Of a stretch of 64,000 bases of DNA, positions 17,600 through 31,655 are shown in pieces. This stretch comes from Eledone cirrhosa. Lineage: Eukaryota. Location: the NCBI GenBank assembly GCA_964016885.1, contig OZ024740.1, positions 333,374,001-333,438,000 of the forward strand, given 5' to 3'. Every line of letters begins with the position of its first letter. The stretch's first letter is position 1. A program made the translations under genes and the position numbers. The notes under the pieces were generated by a model, which did not search any database, was not told the origin of the DNA, and worked only from the letters and a program-made list of their open reading frames with translations.

Positions 17600-19900
17600 C
17601 ACTTCTACACCTATATCCATATATATAAACAAGAAGTGTAAGTCAACAGGGTGAGATTAGCTTCGTTTATTGATATTCGCTGCTATATATGTTTCAGTGA
17701 TAGCCATTATTCAACAGCTATGACCTCATCAGGCAATAAGTACTTGAACAGAAAAAAACAGGAAAACATAATGTTGTAATAGATTTTACCTTCTTAATCA
17801 TTGATATGTTCAGATCCACAGTGTTGTGTTAGTCTTCTAAGGAACGGAAAGCATTTGATTTAGAATTAACGAATTTCAGCGTCCGATGGACATGCCCTCA
17901 CCTCATTGGTCCGATATCATATCACCACTCCAGCCGAAAGTCTATTGAAATTCTTCAGTTAGTTCTTCTAGAAACAGGTCAGCTTGTTACAATTGCTTTT
18001 AACTGCATGTAAATTCTGGTCCGGTTGACCTACTTCACTGCAGTGGTTGTGCTAGTGGTGTGAGCAGGTCAGTTAGCTGGGCAACTACAATCCCCCTGCT
18101 GTGTTGATATTCAGGTTGTAAAGGAAGAATTTATGTAGGTAAACTGATATGTGTTCAGTGCATCTCCGTATCTTATAGTGTTAGATGCTAGAAATGTGTG
18201 TGTTAAATGAAATATGTGTTAAAATCTAGAAGTGTAAGGAATCATAATCCGTATTTTAAACATTTAGTACACACCCACAAACGTCCATCGACGTACATTG
18301 CGTGTGCACACGTATAAAACCAAACATAAGTGCATTCACAAATCTACATTCACACATTCACCTACATCAGTACTCATATATGCACCCACACATATAAGTA
18401 CGTACACGCACATATGTGGATACGCATACACGGACACAGACTCATATGTCCCCTCATCGGGTGGGGAGAGAAATAATTGATGTGTCTTATTTAATTGTAG
18501 TAGTTAGTACTGAATCTTGCGTGCGAAAGGGTGAGGTATGAGGTAGCATATCCTTTGGAGAATCGGATCTTAAGCTGGGGTTGGGTGGTGAGACACAGTG
18601 GTCGGAAACGTGGGGTGCCTGGTTGCACATAGGATAGGACTCTGCCGAAGTGTATCGCTTCGCTAATTAGCTAGTGTCTGCTAACTTGGGTACGAGTTAT
18701 GGAAGTGAAAGAGAAGCGTGGACCACAGCGGTATGAGGTATGGTTCTAGCTGCTAGATAAGTGTGGCGTAATAAATGTTATTCGTGACGAGAGGAAAAGG
18801 GTAGACGTAGGTGTAGAGGGTGTGGTTGGTGTCCCGGGGACTCATTGTGACGGGTTTCCTATCCATATAGCTTGAGGGAAGTTCCCGTTCTAAGGGGTTG
18901 CTATCCATATAGCTTGAAGAAAGTTCCCGCCCTAAGGTGTCTATAAGTACCAAAGAAATAGGTCCGAAGGTTGATTAGATTACTCCCACCACTGAGTATC
19001 TCCAGAGTCTTACTCAGGCAGAGGTTGATGATGCCAGATCCCCCTCCGTCAGATCTCACCTCCCTAATCATGGACCAGACCAAAGTGTACAGGGTCTTGT
19101 CCAGATTGAGCTCGCAGATCAGTTATAAAAAGGCTTTGCTTTTCCTTTTGTGTCTCCTATTAAATGAATGGCGGTGATTATACCATGCCCGTCGATGTGC
19201 TCCGAGTTGCGGGTTGTAACTTTTCATCTGTACACTATGTTCTTCACTAGGCATTCATTACCAAGGTGGCATAATGTGGGCTTCTGCAGTTGCATGAAGT
19301 GGTCAACCCCTGAATGCTTATTGTGGGGTTCTAATTCTGTAGTTTGGGGTAGTTGGAGATGGTTGGAGTTTTGGGGGTCAGTAACGGGTCCACCATGTAC
19401 CCAGTCATTGCTCTGCTGGGTGCTTATAGGATCAGCTGTTGCCTGTCCAAAGTTCCTAAGTCTATTCCTATTGATATTAGCTATGTGCTGGGCTACGCTG
19501 CGCGTGGTTGAGTTCGAGAGCTTCACGTGTGCCAATTTAAGATTTAGCGGTATCTGAGGTTCCTCGGGAAGCATTTATCCATTGCCCTGAAGAATGACCG
19601 GGCCAGGCTAGTGTTCAGGCCCGCGGAGTAGGGTGGATTATACTACCTAATTGTTTTAGTCTATTCCTATGTGGGTGAGTTGAGCATGCCGCAGGCTGTT
19701 GGGGAGTCGCTGGGGTGTTATTGTAACACACTTTATTGCTGTCCCTTTGAGCGTTATGGGTTTTGCTAACTGTTCTGCCCGTACCGGTGGGGTGATGTGT
19801 GCCCACGCCAGGGTCCACATTGGGATGTTCCTCCATCCATCCCGATCTGTGTCATATGGTTGGAGATGCTGGGTATGGGGTGGTTACCCCTATATCCGCC
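17600..19900 (-). mobile_element. Degraded PLE 3' half (family-A-like linker and GIY-YIG, long 3' UTR, HHR)
   Basis: CHLGNECLVKNIVYR and NLCLSKTLEILSGGSNLINLR on the minus strand; HHR at 17681-17735. Confidence 0.65.
17681..17735 (-). ncRNA. Minimal type-I hammerhead ribozyme
   Basis: Minus strand reads tgc-CTGATGA-ggtcATAGCTGTT gaat AATGGCTATcact-GAAA-catatata-gca. Confidence 0.75.
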
Positions 19901-20135
19901 TCGCGTACTAGGTTTATTCGCATGTCCAGGTGCATGTTTCCTTTTCGTGTGGTGGTGCATCGTCTTTGGACTTTTGTAGCTTTTATGAAGTCTACGAACC
20001 ATTCGCTCGACTGTCGGAGACATTAAACAGAAAACAAAAAAAAACGTGGGAGCGAAGAGGCAGTACAAATGTTATTATCAGTTTCACGCATCGGCCCTTT
20101 TGGCCAATAAATGAAATCATTATTAGTTTCACGCA

Positions 20136-20293
20136 GGGCGGTGGATTGGCAGTATCGATAGAGGGTCGGACGCCATGCTTTCCAGCATAGTTACGTCCCT
20201 TTACGATCTGAGTTCAAATCCCGCCGAGGTTGATAAAATAAAGTACCAGTAATGCACTGGGTAATTGCTGGCATTGTGCCTAAAGTAGAAACA
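20136..20293 (+). mobile_element. tRNA-derived SINE (internal deletion) with 17-bp TSD
   Basis: A-box-like tggcagtatcga, B-box gagttcaaatcc; TSD attattagtttcacgca at 20119-20135 and 20294-20310. Confidence 0.9.
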
Positions 20294-20310
20294 ATTATTA
20301 GTTTCACGCA

Positions 20311-23300
20311 TGAGAGTGGAGGGTGAGGGATGACGTTTCAGGCATAAGCCCTTCATCAGGAGAAAAGTGGACAGGAAGAGTGTTCCGGGGGTGTGTGGGG
20401 AAGTTGTGGAAAGACATTAAAAAACATTATTAAAGAAAATGGGTGCGGAAACGGGAGGAAAAAGGGATTTTTTTAGAGAGTAAAAATAAAAAATAAAAAT
20501 AAACAAATGGTGAAAGGGTGTGAATCGTGTAGGGGTGGAGGTGGGTGAAAGGGGTGGAAGGGGGGGGGGGGGGGGAGTTCCGAGTGAGTAGGGATGAAGG
20601 TGGTGCGTGTGTATGTGTATAGGTGTATGTGGATGTGAATGTGAGAGTTGGAGGAATAACGAGCTTCCATGTTCAGGTAATAGGGAAACCGGTGTGTACA
20701 TGGATGGGGCATAAGTTGGTGCGTGTGTGCGTGTGGATGGAGAGGGGTCAGAGGGGGCGTGTGCAGTCCGGAGGCCGAGTGTATGTATGTGGGAATACGC
20801 ACGTGTGTGTGTGTTTATATTGGGTGTGGATTATGGTGGCGTGGTGCGAAAATAGTATAAGTGTTTGTGTGTGGGTGTGTGTGTGTGTTGCTGGGATTTT
20901 TCCACGGACTCTGACATCAGATGTTGGAGATATTGATTGTGGTAGGATGTATAGCTGGTGCGATGGATCAGTGGTGTAAAATCCTAGTATGGTACTGAGG
21001 AAATGGAGAGTTGTGGGGTGCGCGCGCAACAGGAAGTGGTCAGAGGGTCAAGGCAGGGCCAAGGAGGTGGGAGGAAGATGGCAGTAGGGAGATGACAGCA
21101 GGCAGTAGTGTGGAGCCTGACAGATAGAGAGGTCTGTAAGTGGTGGGGAATGTGTGTATGTGTGTGCGGAGTTGCGGTGGACAGGGGAGGGAATGGGTAT
21201 GTGTAAAAGGTGGAGGCAGAGGGTGGCGGTATAGTGGGTTGGTGTGTATATTAATGAAGGTGTTAATGGGAGTGGGGGTGTTGGTAGAGCGGGGAAAGAG
21301 AAGGTGATGTGGGCGGTAGAAGGGAGTGTTGTGTACTGGTGAAGCTGGGGCGTGTGTTAGTGGTGTTAGCAGGGGATACATGGGGGGAGGGGGACGGTCG
21401 AATGCTACAGGAAGAGGGGGGGAGTTCAGGCCGGGGTGTTTGTGGGTCTGTAGGGTGAAGATGGTCTGTTACTCGACGGTGAGGGGGTGGCGGGGGTCCC
21501 ATGGCATTGAATCAGACCGTAGACTATGAGGTGGTGGGCGATATGTCCAGGGCAACCAAAGTGCCGGGCGATGGTGGAACTCCCGCTGAGACGGATATCT
21601 CGGAGGTGCTTCGTGAACCGAACCACCAGGCGACGTCCAGTTTGTCCGACGAAGTCCATAGACGGGGTTGGAGGAGGTGCAGCGGAAGGCATGGCGGACA
21701 GAGAGAGCGAGAGAGCGGCCGTTGGTGGTGGTGTTGGTAATGTGCGGAAAGGTGTGGCAGCGAGGTCTGGAGCAGGGAAGGGAACCGGGGGGAATGGAGG
21801 TTGGGGTTTAGAGAAATGTGGACGAGGAGGGAGCGGAGATTACGCGCCCGTTTGAAGGTGGGGAGGGGAGGAAATGGGAAGATGGGGGAGGTGGAGGCGT
21901 CGGAAGAGACGTGAGATGGTGCGGTGGTGGGTTAGGGTGGGGGTGATAGGTGAGGGGGAAAGGGAGGTAGTGGGTGGGTGAGAGGGTGGGGCGGCGGTGG
22001 ATGGGTGAGGGAGTGGAGCGGTGGTCAGCAAGGGCGCGAGAGAGGGCGGCGTGGACTTTGTTTTGGTGGTAACCTCTCTTGATGAAATGACTGACTAGAG
22101 AAAGTGCCTGGGGCACGAAGTCAACATCTCGGCTGCAGAAGCCGCAGATCCGGAGCAGTTGGGAGTAGGGAATAGAGTGTTCGGTGTGTGTAGGGTGGGA
22201 GGACGTGAAGTCGAGGTAGGAGTGGGAGTCGGTGGGGTTGAAGAAGGCGGAGTTGACGAGGAACGGTGGGAGGGGTTGATGGTGACGGAGATGTCCAAGA
22301 TGTGGACGTGGATGGTAAATATAGAGGTGGTGAAGTGAAGGGAGGGGTAGAAGTAGCAGAAGAGGTGAGAAAGGCGTCGAGCTGTTCTCAGGTGAGGGTC
22401 GTGGCTCCGATGCACTCGTCGATGTAACGACCGTACAGTTCGGGCGTGGGGCTGGTGTACTGGGCAAAGATTTGGGCCTCGGCATAGCCAACGAAAAGGT
22501 TGGTTGGCATAGTTTGGGCCCATTCTTGTGCCTTTGACTACTCCAATGACCTGTTGGTAAAACTCACCCGAGAAGGAGAAGCAGTTTAGGGTGAGGACCA
22601 GTGAGGCGAGACGAAGAATGCGTTGGGTGGAGGGGATAGGCGAGGAGCGAAGGTCAAGGTAGTGCCGGAGAGTACGTAGGCCGTCGGCCTTGGGGATGAC
22701 TGTGTAGACGGACACAATATCTAGGGCGAAGAGGAGGAGGTGTTGGCCGGGTGGGACAGTGAGGGAGTCGAACAGGCGGAGGGCGTTGTTGGAGTCGGAG
22801 ATGTGGGAGTGGAGAGCGGTGACAAGAGGGGCGAGGAGGGAGTCAAGAAAGGCGGAGATGAGTTCTGTAGGGCAGTTGTAAGCGGAGACGATGGGGCGGC
22901 CTGGGTTGTCGGGTTTGTCGACCTTGGGGAGGTAGTAGATGGTGGGGGTGCAGGTGTGCGTACGAGAAGATGGGAAGCGGTGGGAGGGAGAAGGGAGGAG
23001 GAGACGAGGTGTTGGATGGTAAGGAAACTTGTTGTTGGTACAGGGGTGTGGGGTCGGAGGGTAGAGAGCGGTAGAAGTGAGGGGGGGGGGTTACTGAGTT
23101 GCCTGAGGGCTTCGACAGTATAGATGTCAATGCACCACACCACCATGGCGCTTCCCTTGTTCGCCGGTTTGATGATGATGTCGTCGCGGCTACGGAGGGA
23201 GCGGAGAGCGAACAGTTCGCCCCGTGTGATTTTATGCCGTTTGGAGCGGCGGCGGAAGTCGAAGCGATTTACTGCGCTACGGCATGCCAGCGTCCAAGAA

Positions 23301-23410
23301 AATGGTCGTCGGTCTTGTGCAAGAAAGGTGTCTGGGGCGTTCGGAGCCGGTTGGGTGTTGTAGAAGAGTGTCTGTAGCTTGGTGCATCGCACGAATCTCT
23401 CGACATCCGC
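20311..23410 (-). mobile_element. GC-rich Penelope-like element family B1, RT plus GIY-YIG pseudogene with frameshifts
   Basis: DDIIIKPANKGSAMVVW, SVYTVIP, GVVKGTRMGPNYAN, RYIDECIG, PTDSHSYLDFTSSHP, IPYSQLLRI, FVGQTGRRLVVRFTKH; HHR at the 3' end. Confidence 0.92.
20327..20362 (-). ncRNA. Minimal type-I hammerhead ribozyme
   Basis: Minus strand reads CTGATGA-aGGGC ttat GCCT-GAAA-cgtca; stem I degenerate. Confidence 0.75.
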
Positions 23411-23426
23411 TATATATATATATATA

Positions 23427-23758
23427 CGTAAAAGTTATATTTAAATTGTTGGGATACAACAAGCAAATATTTTTATAACTGATATAAAGCACTCAACAAA
23501 TATTTGGAGTAAAAATACGATATTAACAAATGGAAACTTTATTTATATAACCATATTTATTTCATTATACATATTTCATCCGGAAACTTCCAACGGTAAT
23601 GGTTGCATTTTTTAAGGGTGTGTCAATATTTATTTATAAAACTGATCTATATTATATTTTATCTGATGAAAGCACACCATAATTTAACTTGGTGTCCTTG
23701 GAATATGTATAATGAAATAAATATGGTTTTATAAATATAGTTTCCATTTGTTAATATC

Positions 23759-23760
<2 letters not shown>
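23427..23760. mobile_element. Non-autonomous fold-back pLTR module with HHR on the plus strand (23657-23714, GAAA mutated to GGAA), inside (TA)n
   Basis: Inverted arms about 23517-23577 and 23702-23760; homologous to 47255-47620. Confidence 0.85.
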
Positions 23761-23848
<88 letters not shown>

Positions 23849-24199
23849 TTATATGCAATCCCAGAGAACGGTAACTAAATATTTCTCTTAAAACCTGCAG
23901 TATTATCTAAGTACCCAATTTGCTGCTTTTCCCCACCGACAATCATTAAAGAAAAAGTGTCTCCTATAGTTGTAAGTCTATTTCAAAAGTAATTTATTTA
24001 AACATATATCTTAGACATTATCCCTAGACCATTGCTAAAACTGGATATTTCTATGTCTACAGTTAATCCTTGGGCCTACATTTATTACTTGGATCGTTAT
24101 TATTTATTATGTACTTTAGTTATTGTCCGTCAGTTGACTAAATTGAAGGAGACTCGACTACACGCGTTACCGTAGATAGTTATACCATTTCCAGATGAA

Positions 24200-25750
24200 A
24201 TTGATTTTGATTTGGTTTATTCTCTGAGAGTAAATGTTTAGGAATCGGTAAATCTTATTTATGAACTTTATTTTGAGTTCAAACATTTCTGAGCGGGACT
24301 GACCCGTTGCATTAAAATCATCTTCATTGAACATACAATGCCAGTACAACAATGCATTCATTTAAAATCATAATATTTCTCTCCTTAAATATGTACTTTT
24401 GCGCCAAATATAGACAAAATATTTATCTATATCATTATTTGTGTTCATGTTTATCTAGATATAGTATGTACTTTGACATCCAAGTAATCTGAAAATTCAT
24501 TGCGAAACTTCAAAATGCTTGACGCCAATATGTAAAGAATATGATAGGAGTCACTAATAACAGTTTTAAAACAATAATTCTAAAAATGTTATTTCTACGG
24601 ATGGATAGCAATTCTGTAGATTCAAAGTATTGCCCATTTGATTGTACTGCCTACTTTTTTAGTTAAATTCCCAACTCTCTTGCATACCATGTTGCATACA
24701 ATGTTGGTAGGGCGACACAAACACGCCGAACATTGGTTCTAGTTATTGAAGAGTCGTTTCTTGCCTAGCCGTTAATAACGTTTCTGCTTTACAATTCGAT
24801 TGCTGACAACATTGAACAATGGACATGTGTTTCCATCTAATATAATTTATGTAATTCCTAATAAAAGAACTAATAACATGCATTCCATTATTAGATATTT
24901 TGAATGGTATACAATTTTAACCTAACTGCCGGTGTAATGACTTAATATTAAACTCAGCTTCGTGTGAAATTGTAGAATTCACTTGGGGAATATATACTTA
25001 ACGATTAATCCGTTATGTTTGCCAAAAATACTTGCAGTAATCAACATGCAGTTTGCTACACACTAATACATAATGGGTTAGAGATACATTCTGAGGCAAT
25101 ATTTTTGAATTTTGGGAGTAGAATTTCGTGCCGAGTTGTGTAGGATAAGCCTCAACCAAAGGCCCCCAAAGAGATAAACTAATTAATGACGCCATCCTTT
25201 CGATACCCATGTGCAAATGGTGTAGGCATTGTATAAAGTGTATCTATTGTCGTAGAAACACTAATGCGATTACTGAACGGGAGAATTCTGCTTTTGTTAA
25301 ACGAAATGTTTTAACGCATTTATAAATAAAGAGGGATTTTTCTTCCTAATGATCTATGCAAATTACACTCATGGTATCGAGTGAAACTCCGAAAACATGT
25401 TTAGTAGTGTGTATAAAATCATTTATGTTAGCAAGTAGATTTTCAGTAAGTGAGCAACCCAACTACGAATGATGACACTTCACATTCGAATAAGGACAAA
25501 GAAACTCAACATTTGGTATGATCTACTGTTTACAATTTTCAATAACAATAAATGTAACAGATAGAACAACTCAATGATGGAAAACTTGAGAGGAATTGCA
25601 AATGAATGTATATGCAGTGTGATGAGTGAAATGTGTCTTGAAGATTCATTCATGCAAATGAATTCGGACGCGTTGAGGTCAATAAATGACGGAAGCTGCA
25701 AGCCTATTAGAAATATACTCTGCTTAAGACAATCGCATCTAAATCTACAG
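24200..25750 (-). pseudogene. Possible highly decayed hAT-like transposase
   Basis: Scattered minus-strand peptides in the expected order: FGVSLDTMS, YQHCMQHGMQ (CxxH-like) and LDVK..STYY (like DVxTRWNSTY with a deletion); many stops. Confidence 0.3.
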
Positions 25751-27494
25751 ATCAGGTTGATTATTCTTTTCTAGCAATCCACCATTTCCATATACGTAGC
25801 ATCTGTAATGAATTTTGAATTTTAATGAACACGTAATAAACACAATACCAATTCAAAGGAAGTATCGTACTTACTTCTCGTGGACAGAACGTCGAACTGG
25901 AAATTGATACCGATTGTATTATACTTTTAATGGGGTTTCAGCATCTGAAGCAAGATTTGGAAAATAGCACAAAGCAGAAAATTTACGCTACAACGCTAGT
26001 AAAGGGAGGAGAGATTATTATAGCTTTGTAGATCTTAGAGAAGTGGTTTAAAACAGACGCAATCCACACTGTAACAGCCAATGAAAAATCAGATCGCAGA
26101 AATGAAACTTAGAACTACCACGTATGACAATGTATTTAACCAATATCTCTATAGATAGCCGTAAACATTTACCGTGAATGGACCTATCAGTTACATGGGC
26201 AATTATTTCATCGTTGAAAGAAATGATACCGAGTAATGTAACTATAATGAAATCGATGGTAGTTTGGAGTATTGCCGATGAAAGGATAATTCAAATGGCA
26301 AGAACGTATATCGGAACTATACAAACGGTTTATTGACACTGGTCAATAAAACATTCCTCGACTCATGGAATTTGTAGAAAGCAATCTGTAGATCGATCTT
26401 CCACAGGCATGCAGAATTATTTATTCGCTATAAACTAATAATCTACCACTCAGTAATAAAGCTACATTGAAGTAAATGACTAAGTTAACATAAGCTTGCT
26501 GAATAGGGGTGTGATAACACGAGTCTTCGATTTCGAGTGTCCAATAGGTATTATTTTCCTTTCATTAATATATTATCTAATAAACAAAGAATAAGCTTGT
26601 CTCACTTTAAATATACCCATACCAACATATTTGATACGTGACACTGTACATAATTATTTTACGTTTGTTTAATAATTCTGTAACTCCGTTTACTTATCGT
26701 TGATTTGGTAGGAACAATGATTATGATAAATGTATGTGGAATGCCAGAATGTTGATTCAAAGTCGTGTCGAAATGCATTTCCTTTAAGTTAAGGACAACT
26801 ATGAATGCAGGCGGTTGCTCAGCGTTCAAGACTTCCAGCTGTTGAAATATTCATTTTCTAATTCCCGTATTAGATATAGCTTTTTGCCCGCTGATTCCTC
26901 TATAGTGAGTAATACACAAAACTTTATTAGAAAATATACAGGAAGGACTCTCTCGTAAAGGATAGCAAGCTCTAGATGCAGATTACACCCACCATAGATA
27001 AAATGCTTGTAAAATAGAAATATGTAATGAAATATGTTCATGAAGATACTGTTTTATAATTATCGCATTTAGTATACCTAAACTAAATTCAGACACGTGC
27101 TATTATATATAAATCTGCTGCATCCTTAAATATAAGTTGAGCAACTAAAGCATACTACGGTTGTTGGTGAAGAATATTCTTTCCCTATATGAGTTTATAT
27201 AAAGGTAACCATGTAAATATACGGTTATGAATAAAAACAGGAGATTGTCTATGATAAAGATAGACAAACCAACTATCACTATATTATAAATTTACATCAC
27301 CAAGAAGAATATGCCGTTATAATGTTGGACGTTGTACACTTTTGAATCCCACAGCTTGGGATATTGGGAAAATATATATTTAGAGAAAATTATAAAAATT
27401 TGAAGACACACCAAATGTTTACCATTGAATATATATATATATATATTATAAAATAACTGGAGGCTAGACTGGTGTAATTCCTTAAAGGTTTATT

Positions 27495-27552
27495 ATACTA
27501 TGAACATTTCAATGACCGTGTTCAGTATGACGCCGGTGACATCATCAAGTAT
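27495..27552 (-). ncRNA. Hammerhead-like motif with a C3U core variant
   Basis: Minus strand reads atac-TTGATGA-tgtcACCG...CGGTcatt-GAAA-tgttcata-gtat. Confidence 0.5.
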
Positions 27553-27617
27553 TCGAAATTTAACAAAGAAATATGATCCATGGGGCTGAAAAGGCAGTGA
27601 TAAGAAGGCGGCCACAC

Positions 27618-27656
<39 letters not shown>

Positions 27657-27663
<7 letters not shown>

Positions 27664-28334
27664 ATGCTTTGGGAGGGTCATGTTGCCAATAAGAAACACA
27701 CGCACCAGTCGCTTTCACTCCAATTTATTATAAGTTAAATTTATATATTTAAGAATGTATAAATTTCCGGTTGGTTGGTTGGTTTCACAACCGGACGGAT
27801 GTTCATATATTGCCAAAGTTGTTTCGTCATACATGCTGTGACCTCTTCAGTGACTGGGCATTCTTTTCTTTGTTTTTGTGCCTCTCCTTTGTTCTGTCCT
27901 ACGCCATCTTGTTGTTTTGTGTGTGCTGTGTGCATAGTTTGCGCATGTGTTACATCCGGGTGTCTGTGTGTGTTTATATTTGTTTATTTATTTGTTTATT
28001 TACATGTTACTGGTTGGTTGTTTGTTCTATGTCTGTGTGTTTATTTACATGTTACTGGTTGGTTGTTTGTTCTGTGTGTGTGTGTGTGTGTGTGTGTTTC
28101 ACTGAAGAGGTCACATAATGTGTGACGAAAGAACTTTGAAAATATATGAACAACCGCCCGGTTGTGGAACCAACCATCTAACCGGAAATTTATAAATTTA
28201 ACTTATAATAAATTGGAGTGAAAGCATGTGGTGCGTGTGTTTCTTATTGGCAACATGACCCTCCCAAATCATAACAATATCGGTTTCAACACAGGTTTTC
28301 AGATAAAGAATATTGCTAAACAAATTCAGAAACG

Positions 28335-28337
<3 letters not shown>
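27657..28337. mobile_element. Head-to-head pair of PLE family-D pLTRs, each with an HHR (27812-27854 minus, 28098-28140 plus), no ORF
   Basis: 27657-27852 is the reverse complement of 28099-28280; both match 11100-11545; both outer ends run into (TA)n. Confidence 0.88.
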
Positions 28338-28422
<85 letters not shown>

Positions 28423-29208
28423 AGTATATGTTGTTTGTTTACCGACACCTCAGTATGCAGATTGGATCACTCGGTGAAGTACGCAGGTTGGTTTGTTTAC
28501 TCCGGAGTAATGTAAAATAAGTAAGCCAAACATGTAAATTTTGGCTTCGTTTATCATCAGGTGTTTTTTTGTAGCACTCCCTCATTTCCCTGAGGATTAG
28601 CTTATTATACAGTTCCATGTCAGGTGTTATTTTGGAGCACTTCCACAGTTCCCTGAGGATTAGCTTATTATATATATATATATATATATATGCGTGGGGG
28701 GTGGGTATCCTGGTTTCAATCGGAGTAAGCCCAGTATGAAAGGTTCTCAATACATAGTAGAGTATAAATATTCAATATACAAATGGCTGTCAAAGTCATG
28801 TGGTAGTATTTATACATTTTCTGTTTGTATGGTAAGGTGGTGATTGGGACGGGTGGAGGTCAATGGCTGATGGATTTAAAGAAAGGGGGTTCTATTAAAA
28901 TTACATACATAGAGAAAAAATACATAGTGATACAGAATGATTCAAATGGAGAGACTCCTCATATCCAATGTTCATTTATTCTAAGCAAACAAGGATTTTC
29001 ATTAAGTGACTGTATTAAAATTCTGTATTAACATTAAAGGACGGTGAAATCTGTGAATGGTAAGGTGTTTACAATCACTAGCAACGCACACACACACAGA
29101 CGCCTCACACACACACACACACACACACAGACACACACACCACACACACATACACATACACAGACAAACACAGAGTTCTGTATGTGCTCTTTACCTACTT
29201 GCCTTAGA

Positions 29209-29385
29209 CAGTATCGGTAGAGGGTCTGAGGTCATGCTTTGCAGTAAAGAGTTACGGACCTTTATGGTCTGAGTTCAAATCCCGCCGAGGTTAACCTTGC
29301 CTTTCATCCTTACGGAGTCGATAAAATAAAGTACCAGTAATACACTGATATAATTGTGCTGGCCTTGTGCCAACATTTGAAGTAA
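29209..29385 (+). mobile_element. tRNA-derived SINE
   Basis: cagtatcggtagaggg...gagttcaaatcccgccgagg...gcctttcatccttacggagtcgataaa. Confidence 0.88.
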
Positions 29386-29418
29386 TTATATAAATAAAGT
29401 GTTATATATACATATATG

Positions 29419-29469
<51 letters not shown>

Positions 29470-30539
29470 TTATATTCACAGCTGTAGACAGGTGTGTCTA
29501 GTTTCGTACATTTGTTCAGAAAATCGAATTGACGTTTTATAGGCAGAAATTAGGAAATATAAATACCTGACCGAAATACGAAATATGAAAGACTAAAATT
29601 GAATACGACTATGTTACCATTCCATAAAGTAAAACAACAAAAAAATATTTCATATTGACCAGAACAACACATTAGGCGTCAGTTGCGCATTCGATTAAAA
29701 CATTACAGCTCTCAATTGATTCATATTTCATGACCCTGAAAGGATGAAATAAAAAATCGAAATTGTTGGGAAATATATTGTGTATTTGTCGTGGATTAAT
29801 TGAATGAACTTCACCCTACTTTCCAATGACATAACGATTATGTTATCCACCTACCTAATAATGATTTATTATATTACTGAAATGCCAAATATATTTCAGA
29901 AATAATAATATCTATTAAACTAATCCATACCTATTCAATGATTTCTACGTTTAATCCAAAACGTTTTGAATGAGTCAGAAACATTTACCTCAGTAACGTT
30001 ACCAATTCTACCATTTAGAACATGCCATCAAAGATAATAATAGGCTTTACACATCCTACACGATATCAACTTATTGAATGGCCTATTTTGCTTTAATATT
30101 GCAATACGTATGTATACGTGGTTACGTATTTTAGAAATGCACTACTCATTTACTTGGTTTTGAATTGGATTCCATCAAGTTATTCATTGGACATGTGGCA
30201 TATAATACAGTCATGTATGTGTCAAAGATTTATAAATTTGCTGAGCGTAGTTATATAGAAGACAGGTGTGTGGTATTTTGGTATTCAAATCATATACGTA
30301 TTTGGCTGTTAAAATGTTTCCGACGATGTTTTTAACATTCACACTTGGGACATGGATTAATATAGCGATGTCTCTATTCGAGAATATATCTGTATGTGTG
30401 TGTGTTCCGACATTGTATGTTTTTTCATGTGCTTTGAACCAAACTGATGTTTCTGGTCCAGCTGCGCAAACCACCGCCAGAATATTGCATCTCGGAACCA
30501 ACTCGGAATATTGCATCAACTGAATGGAATTAAGACCAT

Positions 30540-31102
30540 GCCGTGTTCAAGGGTTTTCAAGTGACTCACAATTTCAAGGACGACTCCATGAGCGGAAGGC
30601 ATTCAACGAGCAGGACTAATGCAAAAGTTTAGCGCATGCGAGAGCACATGTGTGGCTATTATCGGCTGTTTGACTGATAAAAAACTGGGCTGTGGCAGAA
30701 CTTGAAGAGCGTTTTGGAAGATTATCACCGAACATTTGGAGGAGGAACTGCGCGAAGATTTTGTGGAAGCTGCTGAACAATTAACAAAAAGAGCGTCAGA
30801 ATATGTTCGGGAAGGTGGAAACCGAAGCTGATTTGCTCGGGAGAGTAGTCATAGGTGATGAGTGATGGACCTTCGGGCACGAATATGTGACATAGTACCC
30901 CAGAAGGCCGTGACGATGGAGCTAGGGGAATCCAGGGAGAAAACGTCCAGTTGTCGATGTAGGCGTGGCGGTGAAGGATGAGAAAGGGCCTTAGTCTCAA
31001 TGGGGATTGTTCCGAAGGAGAAAACACGTCGTTTGTAGTTTGGATTTGAAATTATATTTTTTTGCGACCCGAGACCTTTTTCTATTCTGATCCACCTCAT
31101 AT
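30540..31102 (+). mobile_element. Degraded mariner transposon (internally deleted transposase)
   Basis: FKDDSMSGRHSTSRT (like DDERSGRPST), KIITEHL, CAKILWKLLNN*QKERQ (like CAKWVPKLL) and DLLGRVVIGDE*WTF (TGDEKW motif); ends ccacctcaTA like a mariner TIR. Confidence 0.75.
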
Positions 31103-31422
31103 ACGTAGGAGTATTTGGTTTATGTGTGCAATGTAATACGACGTATTTTATATGTGTACATAACCGGGTTTCCTAATAATACTTGGAATGGTCATGGGCA
31201 CGATTACATTTTGGCGAAGAAAAAAGAATAAGAATAGTAAATTAAATATATATATTATTTCCGATATTTCGCATATGAATGTAATTATGAAATTTATATT
31301 TGCTCAGATATACATGCCACTATGTAAGAGTTATTTTTGTCTGTTTTAAGAACGTATCCATCACGTTTCCACACATGTATTGATGAGTGTATGCATGACT
31401 AGAATGTATCTATATATGAATG

Positions 31423-31533
<111 letters not shown>

Positions 31534-31552
31534 CGAGAGAGAGAGAAATATA

Positions 31553-31596
<44 letters not shown>

Positions 31597-31611
31597 CTTA
31601 TAATTATCTAC

Positions 31612-31655
<44 letters not shown>

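Noticed and set aside
18848-18930. Short tandem duplications (also 27960-28075, 28585-28670 and 61405-61445)
   Set aside because: Ordinary local slippage duplications
21526-23123. Gly/Arg-rich plus-strand ORFs
   Set aside because: Antisense shadows of the C-rich PLE coding strand
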